Shown here: positions 10,510 to 21,230 of the stretch, piece after piece
Layout of the letters: every line of letters begins with the position of its first letter
Position numbering within the stretch: position 1 is the first letter of the stretch
DNA from: Cenarchaeum sp.
Lineage (GTDB): Archaea; Thermoproteota; Nitrososphaeria; Nitrososphaerales; Nitrosopumilaceae
Direction of reading: 5' to 3'
DNA: 64,000 nt
Assembly (NCBI GenBank): GCA_965242695.1
Contig: CBDESU010000002.1
Span: 448,001-512,000 of the forward strand
Notes under the pieces: generated by a model
Told to the model about the DNA's origin: nothing
The model's database searches: none
The model's input: the letters and a program-made list of their open reading frames with translations, nothing else
Program-made: the position numbers and the translations under genes

Positions 10510-12330
10510 TCACCGTCCCTCCACCCCCTTCCTGGCCGACGCAGCGGCGGCCCTGGCGGCGGCACCGGCCGCCACGCGATGCGCCCTGTCCGCGTCGGCC
10601 GCGGCCCGGGCGGCGCCGTCCGTGTCGGCGCGGCGCGCGAGATCGGATGCTCGGGCGACCGCCTCGGCGGACGCGCGGGCGGCTGACCGTGCATGGTATG
10701 CGCTTTCAACGGCAATTGCCGACCCGGTCGGCGCGATTCCCTCGGCGCCATCGACGAGTTCGGCCGCCTCGGACGCAGCGAGGGCAGATTCTGTGGCGCC
10801 GAACGCAGCGCGGGCCGCGTCGCGCGCAGGCCTGAGAGCGGCAGCGTGCGAGGGCGTCGTGCGGCCTGCCTGGTCCCATTCACGGCCGCGCGGCACGGGT
10901 TCGGCGTTGCCCCGTCCGCTCCCTCCGCCCTCGCCGTCTCCGCCTGCGGCGGAAGTGGGGCCGGTTGCGTCGGTAGCGTCGGATTCTTCGGCAAGGACGG
11001 CCGTCCAGGCTTTTTCGTCCCCTCTCTCGTAATGGAAGCGTATCAGCTGGTTTGGGCCGCAACGGATGTCGTACTCCGTGCTCATGCAGCCGGCCCCGCA
11101 GCGCTCGGCGTCGGGCGCGGCATCCCGAGCAGAACCGCCGGCATCGACACCCACGCATCTTACCCGCCCGCAGAATGTTCCGGGCGAATCCACTGCCTCC
11201 TCTAGGCGGCAGTTAATCTGTTCGTGGGGGGACTCTACCGTGAGGCGCCGTCCCTTTCCATCGCCGACGGATTCCCTTCCCGCGCCGCGCGCGCATGCGG
11301 CCGGGTCATCGACCGTGATGCCTATGCAGTCGCCCATCGTGCAGACAATCTTGTCCGCATACATGGTGGGGACTACGCGGTCGATGACGAATGCGGCCTC
11401 GTCGGACAGGCCGCCGCACTTTGCGCGGGCGGTGTATTCTTGTCCGGCATCCAGTTTCTTGCGGCCCATGTCTACGGGTAGGATGAGCGCAGCGGGCAGC
11501 TCTGGCTCTGGCTCTGGCTCCGGCAGCGTTCCGGTCGCCTTGGGCGACAAGCCAAAGATCCCGCCACGGATGGTGACGGTGACCTCCCTGCTCGAGAGCT
11601 GTCCGTAGCCCTCCACCTTTACGCGAACCGCCACGCCAGGCGGATAGGTGTCACGGCAAGGGCGCAGGATCAGGCGGTTCTGCTCCCCGGCCGCGGTGGG
11701 AGGCCGCGACTCAGCGAGGTCGAGGCGGCTCTTCAGCCTGGCCAGCACGGGGCCGAGCAGGTCAGATGCCAGCCCGTACCTTGCCGTGTCGGCCGTCCAC
11801 TTGCCGTCGTCTATGGGTACAGGCCGTTCTGCCCAGCGGATTGCCGCGAGGATGTCGTCGCAGGCCCCGCCGACAAGATGGTCGGCATCGCGGAGGGCCA
11901 GCTTCGACGCGCGGATCGATCTCTCGACGGCATCGCGGAGGGCCAGAAGGTCGCACTCGAACTGAGGCCTGTCCGATGCGCTCACCCCGGACTTGACGCC
12001 CATTCTGGCCAGCATGTCGCAGTAGGACATCAGGGGGCAGACGCTGGCGTGCAGGGCGCGGATTGCGCGCACCTTTCTGGCCTGCCTTGACCTTTTGATG
12101 CTCCCGCGTACAAGGCGGTGGTCGCGCAGGTGGGACCCGATGGTGTGCTCGGCTAGATACGATTGTAAAAACTGAATAAGTACTACTGCAATGGCAAGAC
12201 AGATGCTCAGGTGAAGAATCTCTGGATTGAAGGCAAGAGATTGACCTAGCAGTACGGCGGCGGCAACAAGCACCGATAGCATCGCAGCCATCAGCACATT
12301 CGACAACACTGTCAAAATCCTGTGCAACAA
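10510..12330 (-). CDS. Membrane-anchored hypothetical protein (2 N-terminal TM helices, beta-rich/Ig-like middle, Ala-rich tail)
   Basis: 606-aa ORF with hydrophobic segments LMAAMLSVLVAAAVLLG and ICLAIAVVLIQFL, and a PEPEPEPE linker. Start uncertain. Confidence 0.6.
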   Translation of the reverse strand: MLHRILTVLSNVLMAAMLSVLVAAAVLLGQSLAFNPEILHLSICLAIAVVLIQFLQSYLAEHTIGSHLRDHRLVRGSIKRSRQARKVRAIRALHASVCPLMSYCDMLARMGVKSGVSASDRPQFECDLLALRDAVERSIRASKLALRDADHLVGGACDDILAAIRWAERPVPIDDGKWTADTARYGLASDLLGPVLARLKSRLDLAESRPPTAAGEQNRLILRPCRDTYPPGVAVRVKVEGYGQLSSREVTVTIRGGIFGLSPKATGTLPEPEPEPELPAALILPVDMGRKKLDAGQEYTARAKCGGLSDEAAFVIDRVVPTMYADKIVCTMGDCIGITVDDPAACARGAGRESVGDGKGRRLTVESPHEQINCRLEEAVDSPGTFCGRVRCVGVDAGGSARDAAPDAERCGAGCMSTEYDIRCGPNQLIRFHYERGDEKAWTAVLAEESDATDATGPTSAAGGDGEGGGSGRGNAEPVPRGREWDQAGRTTPSHAAALRPARDAARAAFGATESALAASEAAELVDGAEGIAPTGSAIAVESAYHARSAARASAEAVARASDLARRADTDGAARAAADADRAHRVAAGAAARAAAASARKGVEGR

Positions 12331-12586
12331 GGTTCAACCTCCTAGTGGGATTTTGAGGCAACCATGATGTGCTGCGCTTTCGCGCATGCCTTGCCCACCT
12401 CCCCGCCCATTTGTCCGCCCGAGTGCGCGGCTGGCAGAGCCCAGATAGATAGAGCGTGGCGTGCGGGCGGTTCGTGCGCGATAGACGACATTGTCAAGCA
12501 GGCGGGCGGGCGAGCTAGGCGCCACAGTAGGCGCCCGGGTGATGCGGGCAGGCCTTGCAGCGCGAACGGTGCGACGGCGCGCAGGA

Positions 12587-15500
12587 TTACCCATCCAAGC
12601 CGCCTCCTACGCCGCCGCCTGCTCCCGAGTAGGGGTTTTTCCCCTCGTCCTTGAGGGACTCGGCGACGGGGTCGTTGAGGGCGACCAGGCAGTCGACAAT
12701 CCACGCGTACTTGGCGCGGTGATCCGGGAGGGCGCCGTCCGGCCGTTCGCATGTCGAGGCCCTGTATAGCAGGTGCGACACCATCTTGACAGTGGCATCG
12801 GAGAGTCCCGATGTGTCGGCCTGCTGCAGCACCTGCCAGAGCCAGCCGATTCCGCGGGAAAGCAGGAGCGCGGGGGGTGCGTCGGCCAAGAGGGATGCAA
12901 CGGCCTCGACCGCATCCCTGTTGCCGGCAAGCGCCGCGCACCACGACGATATCTCGGCGGCAAGCCCCTCGACAACCTCAAACCTGCCCTCGTCACCGGC
13001 GGCTTTCGGGAGGTCGGCGAATATGAGCAGGGCAAGGATTGATTTTTTCACCCGGTTGTTGCGGTAGTGCCAGGCCGCAAGCCTGGGCCCGATCACCCGG
13101 GGCAAGAGGTGTTTCCATGCGGCCAGCAGGCCTGCCCCCCGGCCTGCCCGCATGCCCCAGATGACGGTGTGCCGCATAAAGTACTCCAGCAGCTGGGGGG
13201 CCGCCTCCCACTGGGAGGCAATTTTGTCCAGGATGCTGTCGCGAAGCTCGGGCCGGCTCTCAGTGTGCGACTCTAGAACCCTGAAAAAGTCGGGGCACCA
13301 CATGTTGCGGAACAGCGGATAGGCCCCCCCGTAGGCGCGGCTCTCTTCGAGCTCCTTGAACACGGCGATCGTGTCGTCTAGCATGTCGTCGATGATGCGC
13401 TCCAGCTTGCGCTCGGTGCCGTCGTCTACGGGAGGGACGTCGCGCAGTGCGGGCAGCACGGCTGTGCGCCCCGCCCAGTCAGCGTGCGACCGTCCGTCTC
13501 CATCCTTTTTGTCGGGGAACCGCCGCCTCGCCCTTGCGATGCACTCCAGCACAAGCTTGTCTTCGCGGCCCCAGAGGACGCAAAGCCCGCGCATCAGGGA
13601 TTCAAGCACCGCGTCGTTGCGCGCATCGGCAAACTTGCGGATCGCATTCCTCGCGCCGCGGCCGCGGCCGCCCCGAAGGTAGCAGTGCGGGAGGGCGTGC
13701 GCAACCGGCTGGGCGGCACTGTAGCGATAGGACGGCCCGGCCCGCGGGTCGATCGTGTTCGCCATGCCCTCAAGGTACTTTAGGCATGCGTTGGCCACGC
13801 CCATTTTGACCGCCTCGTCCCAGCGGTGGGCGACCATGGCCCCGGCCAGGCCGGCCCTGCCGTGCGCTGCGCCGTCTTCGTTGTATCTGGGCCGGGACGA
13901 CAGGAAGCCGCCCTCCGCGGCCTGCTCGGCGTACTCTAGCGCCGACTCTATGGTGAAGGCTGGCCCGATCTCGTTTTTTTCGATAAATGTGTTCAACCAC
14001 ATTGCAAAATCCGACGCTTTTTTGCGAGCCGTCGCCCGCCTCTCTGCCTCTTTTTCGCCGTCGGTAGGGAACCGCCCCTTGTCGAAGGCCGTCCCTGTGG
14101 CCCCGCCGGAGGCTTGGGCGGAGGCGTAGTTGTCACTGTGTGCTACTTTTGACCATAATTCGCAACGCCTCCGGCGTTCTTTCATGGTTTTTTCGTCATT
14201 GACGTCGTCCTTGAAGAAAACGGGGACACAGCCGGGGAAGGCCTCGAGGCCAGCCTTCATCCTGCTCCGGGCTTTATCGGGGCCGTCAAGGAGCAGTCGA
14301 GGAGCAAAACCGCTCAGATCACCTAGCTTGCATCGTCCGCTCGCATGCTGGATTGCCAAATCAAATTTTCTCTCTGATATTTCTCTCCCGTCCGACTGCA
14401 TTGCACGTGTGCGGAGAATCTCGATGGCCACCATGTCTGCCCTTAGCCGCTCTGCATCCATTATCCAAAACGCCGGGTTTAGCAGTATTGGCAGGATGGC
14501 CTCTGCGGTCTTGTCCATGTGCCCGAGGGCGACAGTGCAGCAGACGCCTACGACGGCCGCAGAGTTGGTCGGCTGCAGGACCCTGTCAAAGAGGGCCGTC
14601 GCCGCTTCCTTGCCGTTCTTGATCTGGCTATCAAGCCACACCTCCAGCGCCATCAGGGCCGATGCCACCAGGTTGGAGGCTCGGGGGGCGTGGCCGCCCC
14701 ATGCGAACGCGTATTCGTCGCCGTAGACGTAGACGGGGCCGGAATCGAGGCTGACGGTCTGGGGCACCGGGATGCGCGGGGGTTGAAGAGGGCCACCCGC
14801 CTCCCGTGCCCTGCGCCACTCGCCGGTGACGTGGTTCAGCAGATTGTGCACGAGCGCCAGGCCGTGCTCTGGATGGAATGCCAAAAAGGGAAGGAATGGC
14901 CCCTCATGCGGAGAGGGCAGATCGGTCCACCCGTCGTCGCATATTTCCGGTATGTCTTTGAGCGGCCCAAGGGAGTCAGGGCCTGTGCACATGGCGCGGG
15001 ACAGGACGTCGACCGCAACGCCTGGCAGGAACTTGCAGAGGTACGCCCAGCCGTATTCTTTGGTCAATCCCCGCTTGAAGTGCTCATTGCCGACGATGGA
15101 GGGGCTACCCGATATGAACTTCTTTACCAGATCCGGCGCGGAGGCGGACGAGTACATGATTGTTGCAGCGACAAGGCCTTTGATCTCGTCCGATTCGCCG
15201 TAGTCCCGGCCGAGGATCGCCTCGCCGCCGCGCAGCCAGCCCGCATGCTGTACGGCATACCCTGCGATGCGCCTTTTCAGATCGTGGTTCGCTCCGTTGC
15301 GCGACCACCAAGCGGCCGTCCTTATGAACTGGGCAATGGCCGCACCGCCAAGGCCCTCCATGTTGTCCAAGGCGAACGAGAGGACGGGCGCAAACCTCTC
15401 GTCCCTAGGAAGCTTGTAGTACGCAGGATGCAGGCCCGGCTCCACAATGCCATGCTCCTTTGCGGCCAGAGCCCAGTACGGGTTATCCCTCAGAAACGCG

Positions 15501-17599
15501 CTCGGCAGCGCCGCAAGCAGCTTTGCCAAGAGATCCCCGCCGTTCCTCAGAAGGACGCCGGAGATGGTGCCCAGGTTTGACCAGGCGACATCAGAGTCGG
15601 CCGCCCCGAGCAGGCACTCGCGCGCCCAGACGTTCCTGTTCCCTAGATGCCGACAGTCCTCAAGGAGGGCATTCCACTCGTCCACCGAGGCGTCCGCCTC
15701 TAGCATCTTGGCGGCGCATATCCGCAGCGGGCGGACCAGCCTGCGGGTGTTCGCGCTCCCCTCAAAGAGGGAACGGCGCGGCCGCGCCCACTCGATCATC
15801 CTCGCCAGTGCATAGTCCTCGATCACGTCGTGCGCAAAGGCGAGGCGGTTGCCGACTATTCTTGCAAGCCCGTCCGTCAAGAGGCCGTCGACCGCGTCTG
15901 GGTCTAGATCGTGCGGGTCCGCGGGCGGGAGCCCCCTGTACGCCCGCTTCGCCATGTCGACCAGGATCTTTTCCCTGTCTCGCCCATGCCCCCTTCCCTC
16001 GCGCATCCCGACGCGCCGCAGGACTGCCTCGTTCCAGAACAGGTCAAAGAGCCGCCCCTCGCCGACGGCCCCGGGCACGCCCTCGGAGGTGGCTGGCAGC
16101 CATCTTGCGATCATGTCCAAGTACCCCGGAAGTAACAGGAGTGCGCCAAGCCGTCCCCTGATGGCGCCGCCGAGCTGCGGCAGCTGCCGGCACACCTCGC
16201 CGATCTCCTCGTCGGTGAGCGGATCGACTTCCAGAAGGGAGGGGCGGACGCCGCCGCACCACTGCGCGATCGTCCCCGCCACGGCCTTCATCTCCGTGTT
16301 CCTAGATGTCGCTATGATTTTCCACGCCGCGCCTTTGTCCGACGCAGCCGACGCGGTGGCCCTTGCGTTGTAGTCCGATATGGCAACGAGCAGGCCCTTG
16401 GCAACCTGCGCCTTTTTGGGCTCATACGAGACGCGGTCTAGGCCGTCGATGACTACGTACCGATGCGGGGCCGTTCCGTGCGTCTCAAGTATATCCTCCA
16501 GGCTGGAACGCACGCCGAGCGAGGTGAGAAGCGCCTCTGGGCTGCCACTACCACCGAGGTATTCCGTCCCAAAGAACATTACCGTGCCCCTGCCCGACAT
16601 CTTCTCTGCAAACAGCCTGGCAAGGGCAGACTTTCCGGCGAACGGCTCGCCGTGGATTATCGTCACTGCGCTGGTTTTGACAACCTCTTCAAGCCTCTCT
16701 AGGAGGGGGGCGCGATCCAGTGCGACTTTATTCCCTACCGCCTTTCCGATTCCCGCCATGACGGTGCGCGAGTGGGCGTCGAGGCGCCCCGCATCCGCCC
16801 CGGTCCCTGCGTGGCCGGCAAGGTCAAAGGCGGAGAGCCGCCCCCTCAGGGCCGCCGGTCCTATGGATCCGCCCGTTGACGCCAGGTCGGCCGCCACCCC
16901 CCTGAGGGCATCGAAGAGCTTTGCCGCCTCGCCCCCGCCCGGCTCTGCTAGAGCCCTGCGGCACATTTCCACTGCATTGGTGTAGCCGGCGGCGTCAGGG
17001 CCGTCCATGTCGAGCTCGATCAGGTGTAGGAGCCTGAGGAATCTCCACATGTCGTCGTCTGTCGCTTCCGATCCGGAGGACTCTGTGACCGTGCCTTTGA
17101 TGGAGTTGGCAAATTCGAGCCGGTGCTTGGAGTGGCCGCCGTCCTTTAGGCTGCCCCAGAAGGCGGCGCTGTCCGCGCTGTCGCGCGCCATTTCGGGGAC
17201 GAGGAGGCGGTGGCGGTAGGAGTCGCCGGGGACGGGGGACATCACTATCCCGAGCAGGTCGGCGGACCGGTCAAATGCGATGCCCTCGCCGCCGATGAAC
17301 ATCTGCCAGCATTCGGCGATCACGCCCCTGAAGTCGGACGACGCGCCAGGCCGCAGGCCGTGCTTTACCTGGAGCGACAGCTTGTGCGCGCCGCCGTCCC
17401 TGTCGAATGCGACTACGAGGTCGTCGAGGAGGTGACCGGCGGGGCGGCGCTGGAAGCGGACCTCGGTTATTGTGCCGGCCGCCCCCGGCGCGCCTTCCCC
17501 GCATGCCATAGCGGCAAGGTACACCGCCGCTACCTTGCGCTCGTACTCGTACCCCCCGCCCCCCGTGGAGAACGGGCTTGCCTTGGCCCCGGCTCCCAT
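12587..17599 (-). CDS. PD-(D/E)xK nuclease-STAND NTPase (Avs-like), ~1670 aa
   Basis: N-terminal SPFSTGGGGYEYERKVAAVYL...LDDLVV...SLQVKH nuclease-like signature, Walker A GEPFAGKS, Walker B VVIDGLD, FAHDVIEDY. Start reassigned to ATG 17599. Confidence 0.85.
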   Translation of the reverse strand: MGAGAKASPFSTGGGGYEYERKVAAVYLAAMACGEGAPGAAGTITEVRFQRRPAGHLLDDLVVAFDRDGGAHKLSLQVKHGLRPGASSDFRGVIAECWQMFIGGEGIAFDRSADLLGIVMSPVPGDSYRHRLLVPEMARDSADSAAFWGSLKDGGHSKHRLEFANSIKGTVTESSGSEATDDDMWRFLRLLHLIELDMDGPDAAGYTNAVEMCRRALAEPGGGEAAKLFDALRGVAADLASTGGSIGPAALRGRLSAFDLAGHAGTGADAGRLDAHSRTVMAGIGKAVGNKVALDRAPLLERLEEVVKTSAVTIIHGEPFAGKSALARLFAEKMSGRGTVMFFGTEYLGGSGSPEALLTSLGVRSSLEDILETHGTAPHRYVVIDGLDRVSYEPKKAQVAKGLLVAISDYNARATASAASDKGAAWKIIATSRNTEMKAVAGTIAQWCGGVRPSLLEVDPLTDEEIGEVCRQLPQLGGAIRGRLGALLLLPGYLDMIARWLPATSEGVPGAVGEGRLFDLFWNEAVLRRVGMREGRGHGRDREKILVDMAKRAYRGLPPADPHDLDPDAVDGLLTDGLARIVGNRLAFAHDVIEDYALARMIEWARPRRSLFEGSANTRRLVRPLRICAAKMLEADASVDEWNALLEDCRHLGNRNVWARECLLGAADSDVAWSNLGTISGVLLRNGGDLLAKLLAALPSAFLRDNPYWALAAKEHGIVEPGLHPAYYKLPRDERFAPVLSFALDNMEGLGGAAIAQFIRTAAWWSRNGANHDLKRRIAGYAVQHAGWLRGGEAILGRDYGESDEIKGLVAATIMYSSASAPDLVKKFISGSPSIVGNEHFKRGLTKEYGWAYLCKFLPGVAVDVLSRAMCTGPDSLGPLKDIPEICDDGWTDLPSPHEGPFLPFLAFHPEHGLALVHNLLNHVTGEWRRAREAGGPLQPPRIPVPQTVSLDSGPVYVYGDEYAFAWGGHAPRASNLVASALMALEVWLDSQIKNGKEAATALFDRVLQPTNSAAVVGVCCTVALGHMDKTAEAILPILLNPAFWIMDAERLRADMVAIEILRTRAMQSDGREISERKFDLAIQHASGRCKLGDLSGFAPRLLLDGPDKARSRMKAGLEAFPGCVPVFFKDDVNDEKTMKERRRRCELWSKVAHSDNYASAQASGGATGTAFDKGRFPTDGEKEAERRATARKKASDFAMWLNTFIEKNEIGPAFTIESALEYAEQAAEGGFLSSRPRYNEDGAAHGRAGLAGAMVAHRWDEAVKMGVANACLKYLEGMANTIDPRAGPSYRYSAAQPVAHALPHCYLRGGRGRGARNAIRKFADARNDAVLESLMRGLCVLWGREDKLVLECIARARRRFPDKKDGDGRSHADWAGRTAVLPALRDVPPVDDGTERKLERIIDDMLDDTIAVFKELEESRAYGGAYPLFRNMWCPDFFRVLESHTESRPELRDSILDKIASQWEAAPQLLEYFMRHTVIWGMRAGRGAGLLAAWKHLLPRVIGPRLAAWHYRNNRVKKSILALLIFADLPKAAGDEGRFEVVEGLAAEISSWCAALAGNRDAVEAVASLLADAPPALLLSRGIGWLWQVLQQADTSGLSDATVKMVSHLLYRASTCERPDGALPDHRAKYAWIVDCLVALNDPVAESLKDEGKNPYSGAGGGVGGGLDG

Positions 17600-19120
17600 G
17601 CGAGGGCGTGGCAGGGCGGCTATTTGTGTCTGTTGCGGAGCTCCATTCTGCGGGCGGGGCCTTGCGGGGGGGCGCGAAGCAGAGTTGCGAGGCTTGGAGG
17701 CGGCCGCGCGGTAGCATCCCCGCACGGTTGCGCATGCGTCTCAATTGAACGATGCCCTTGGACATCCCGCGCCGGCTAGCCGCGGCAGAGATAATGGACG
17801 GGGGCCCGTCCCACGAATGGACGGCGTATCAGGGGCATGCCGGCCCGCATCTGCGGCAGAACCGCTTGTCGCACGCACACCCGGCGCTGCCCATGGGCGT
17901 GCGCACGCCGACGCGGTACTCAGCCGACTCCCCCATGGCCTTCCGCGGGGGCCGAACAGGCTGCGCAGGCGCGAGGCACGCCGCGGGCCAGGGCCTTGAC
18001 ATCCCCTCAAGGCTTGGCACACAAGCTGAGCGCGCCGGTGGACGGGTGGGCATCTATCACAACTGAAACGACCGCCTGCCGTGCTCCCGTGTTGTAAGCG
18101 TCCTGCGGGCGCAGTGCAGGCGGGCTACATTGCACCTTGCCTGCCCGTAATACCAGCCGGTAGTATACCGTGGCGTCTCGCAAAAACCTCGGCCGGTGCA
18201 TGGTACCAGCCAGCGTCTGCCAACGGCATGCAGGGGTTGCGGCCGATCTCCCCCCCTCCCATGTGCCCTATTTGGCTCGACAGAGTGCGATGCAGAACGG
18301 CTCAGACCGAAAGATTCAAAAAGTAAGAGCCAGCGCGGCGCTGTGGCGGCAGGGCGACATCAGCCCCTCTGCCCATATCGCTCGACCCTGTCGCCTGCCT
18401 AGGCAAGATGCCAGGCCGAAGGCGCGAGCGCGGCGTCCTAGACGGGGCGCCCAACAGTCATGCAAGCCGCCGGAGACGGTTCGTCAATCAGGGCGCGGTG
18501 GAGTGTGCCCCCGCACAGGACACGTTTTTTTCAGGCAAGGCATGGGCTACAGCGCGACACGGCGCGGTGGCACCTGCCGCCACTGCCATAACGAGTCGGC
18601 CTGGCGGCAGTTCGACTCGTCAGTGCCCATACTACCGCGCATACTTCCAGCCTCCCCGACATGTACACGTCGGGGGCCAGACCGCGCGGCACGGTACAAT
18701 CGCCAACGACGCAGCAAGGCAGATGATGAGAAAAATATAGGTGGGACAATTTGTTTGTCACCATTGCATCATTCAGTCGCAGATGCATGCCAAAAAACAC
18801 ATCAAGATGATGTGGTCATTGGGCTACATCATTTTGTAGACTGAGTCGACTACTAGCAACGATGCCTTTGCGCGTCGAATGCGGTATTTTGTCATGCGGT
18901 TCAACACCCCCTGCCCCCCGTCGCCCGCCATACTATATAAAGCCTTCAGTGACATCCGGTAAATGGGGATAACCTACGAAAATGAATAAGTCATGACTAT
19001 GGTGGATCAACGAAAATACTACACAACTCAACTATCCTAATGGGCAAGATCGTGTAACGGTTTGTGGATCCCAAAATATAGGTAATTGGTTTAGATAGCA
19101 AATGCATGGAATGCATGAAC

Positions 19121-19264
19121 GGCGGGAATGTGGGGATTGCTGGGAACATCCGAGGGATCTGGGTGGCGGGAATGTGGGGATTGCTGGGAACATCCGAGGG
19201 ATCTGGGTGGCGGGAATGTGGGGATTGCTGGGAACATCCGAGGGATCTGGGTGGCGGGAATGTG
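19121..19264. repeat. 44-bp perfect tandem repeat x3.3 (GGCGGGAATGTGGGGATTGCTGGGAACATCCGAGGGATCTGGGT)
   Basis: Identical copies at 19121, 19165 and 19209, with a partial copy at 19253. No spacers. Confidence 0.95.
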
Positions 19265-19744
19265 ATCATGTTGAAAATGCCGGAAACGTGGGTGACGGGG
19301 CTACCGCGTGCGGCGCAGGCAGGATGCCGTGCGGTGACAGGCACCCGCACATCACGGCCGCATTGCACAGGACGCGCGGAACGTCCGAGCGCCTCGCCGG
19401 GAACACCGGCAATGCGCTGCCACAGGCAGCGCGGAGATGTGCCGGTGCCTGCAGCAGCCGCGAGCCGCCCGCTCCCAGCCGTCGGCACAAATCCGCAAGC
19501 TATTAAGGTTCGGCAGGACGGGCGCCGGCAATGCTCGTCTCTACAGTCCAAGCGTCCACAGGAGGCAATAACTCACTGGCCGCCCATCTCAAAGGCCGCC
19601 CCGAGGCAGGGAGCTGCTCGAGCCGCCGGCCGAAATGGCGCGCGATGGGTAGCCTCAGCGGGTGCGGCGGAAGTCTGCCGCGGATGCGGCCGAGCGAGGG
19701 GGGCCTGGCGGCCGCGCCGCCGGCCGGGTGCGGGTGACGAAGGC

Positions 19745-20755
19745 GTGGATACGTGGACGGATTACATTCACAGGGGGTCGCGGGAGGCGCGCGTGCGCAG
19801 CCTGGGCTTTGGCGGCAGGGAGATTTTAACGCCGGCCTATTTTCCGTCCGTTTCAAGCCTGTCTCTGAGAATGCCGTGTCGGTCCGCGGTAAAAGTGTGC
19901 AAGGACGCAGGCTATCCGCAGATGCTGGTATCCGCGTATGATCTAGGCGGGATGGGCGCGCCAATCCTCGAGATGCTGTGCGAGTACGCCGAGAAAGGCG
20001 TCCTGCTTGTGGACAGCGGCGCGTTCGAAGCACACTACTCGGGCGGGAAGTGGGGCTTTGACCGCTACGAGCGGTGCATCAAGGCAATCCCCTGCTCCAT
20101 CTACGCAAGCTACGACACAATGCCCAGCGCCCAAGACACCTACGACGCCATGCTGGACAGCGCATGCGACTCTCTTGGACGCTCCTCCGGCATCCGCCCC
20201 GAAAGCAGATGCATGGCAATACTGCACGGGAGTAGGCCCGACGAGACGGTCAGGATGGCAAAGGACATCAGCGCGGGCGGCGAGCCGCGCATGTATGCGG
20301 TGCCCGAGAGGGAGATGGGGAGCACTATAGGCAGCAAGATCAGGACCACTGCAAAGATACGCAGAATACTGACCGGCCGGGATCCCGACAACATACTGCA
20401 CGTGCTAGGATGCGGCGACCCCGTGCTGATGGCCTTGCTGTCGTACGCCGGCGCAGACACCTTTGACAGCGTCGACTGGTCGAGGTGGGCGATCGATCCC
20501 TCGACGTACGAGTGGGTCGGCATTGACCGCCTCGAGTTCATAAGGTGCGAGTGCCTTGCATGCCTGGATGGCGACACAACCCGCATGCAGAGTCGGGCGC
20601 TAGAGCACAACCTGCTGTTCTACAGCGAATTCATGGCGCGGCTGAGGGACGCGATTCTGGCGGACCAGGACTTCGGCTCGATCGGACTCGGCGTTGACAG
20701 CGAGGCACTGGCACGCCTGTCCAAGTGCTTTAGGGACGGGGAGGCTCCCGCATGA
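19745..20755 (+). CDS. tRNA-guanine transglycosylase (TGT)-family protein (DpdA/Cap10-like)
   Basis: Motifs ARVRSL...ILTPAYFP, LVDSGAFE, ASYD, AILHG, LHVLGCG, GADTFDS and Zn site CECLAC...HN. About 336 aa with no PUA extension. GTG start 19745 (alternative 19793). Confidence 0.8.
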   Translation: MDTWTDYIHRGSREARVRSLGFGGREILTPAYFPSVSSLSLRMPCRSAVKVCKDAGYPQMLVSAYDLGGMGAPILEMLCEYAEKGVLLVDSGAFEAHYSGGKWGFDRYERCIKAIPCSIYASYDTMPSAQDTYDAMLDSACDSLGRSSGIRPESRCMAILHGSRPDETVRMAKDISAGGEPRMYAVPEREMGSTIGSKIRTTAKIRRILTGRDPDNILHVLGCGDPVLMALLSYAGADTFDSVDWSRWAIDPSTYEWVGIDRLEFIRCECLACLDGDTTRMQSRALEHNLLFYSEFMARLRDAILADQDFGSIGLGVDSEALARLSKCFRDGEAPA

Positions 20756-21230
20756 CGGCCACGTCCGGCGCCTCCCGCCTAGGCGCATGCTCAGCGGCGA
20801 GCGGGGGCGCGGCGCCGAAAAGAGGCGGCAGGGGGGCGCGGCGCGGCGCTTCGCATGTAGGCAGGCGGGGGCGGCCGAATGCCGGATCGCGGAGGTCGCG
20901 GTCGGGGCGGAGTTCGGGCCGGCCGCCAGGCGGCCGAGGGGGCGCACCTACAGCGGGAGGCCGAAGGAAGCAAGGCTCCGGCCGCGCTCGAGTGCGGATG
21001 CGGCAGGGGGGCGCGGGCGGCAGGGCGCTTTGGAATGAGGGAGCGGGAAAGAGGGGGCGGCCGTCGGATCCGGTGTGCGCTGGTGCGGCGGCCGAGTGCC
21101 ACTATTGCACGGCGCTGCCCGCCCTGTGGAAGGGATCGCTCGCCGCAAGGAGGCAAGAAGCATCCCAGGGATGCGGGCGCGAGAGGGGGCACCGGCGATC
21201 TGTCCGGAGCCGACCAAGGAGGGGGCGGCT

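Noticed and set aside
17730-18850. ncRNA/tRNA or genes in the long intergenic region
   Set aside because: No cloverleaf, T-loop or convincing coding signature could be identified by eye. An Infernal/tRNAscan run would be needed.
19121-19264. 44-bp repeats as a CRISPR array
   Set aside because: The units are contiguous and identical with no unique spacers, and no cas genes are seen.
19106-19744. Repeat-encoded N-terminal extension of the TGT ORF (549 aa)
   Set aside because: The 44-bp unit is not a multiple of 3, the translation is low-complexity, and TGT similarity begins at about 19790.
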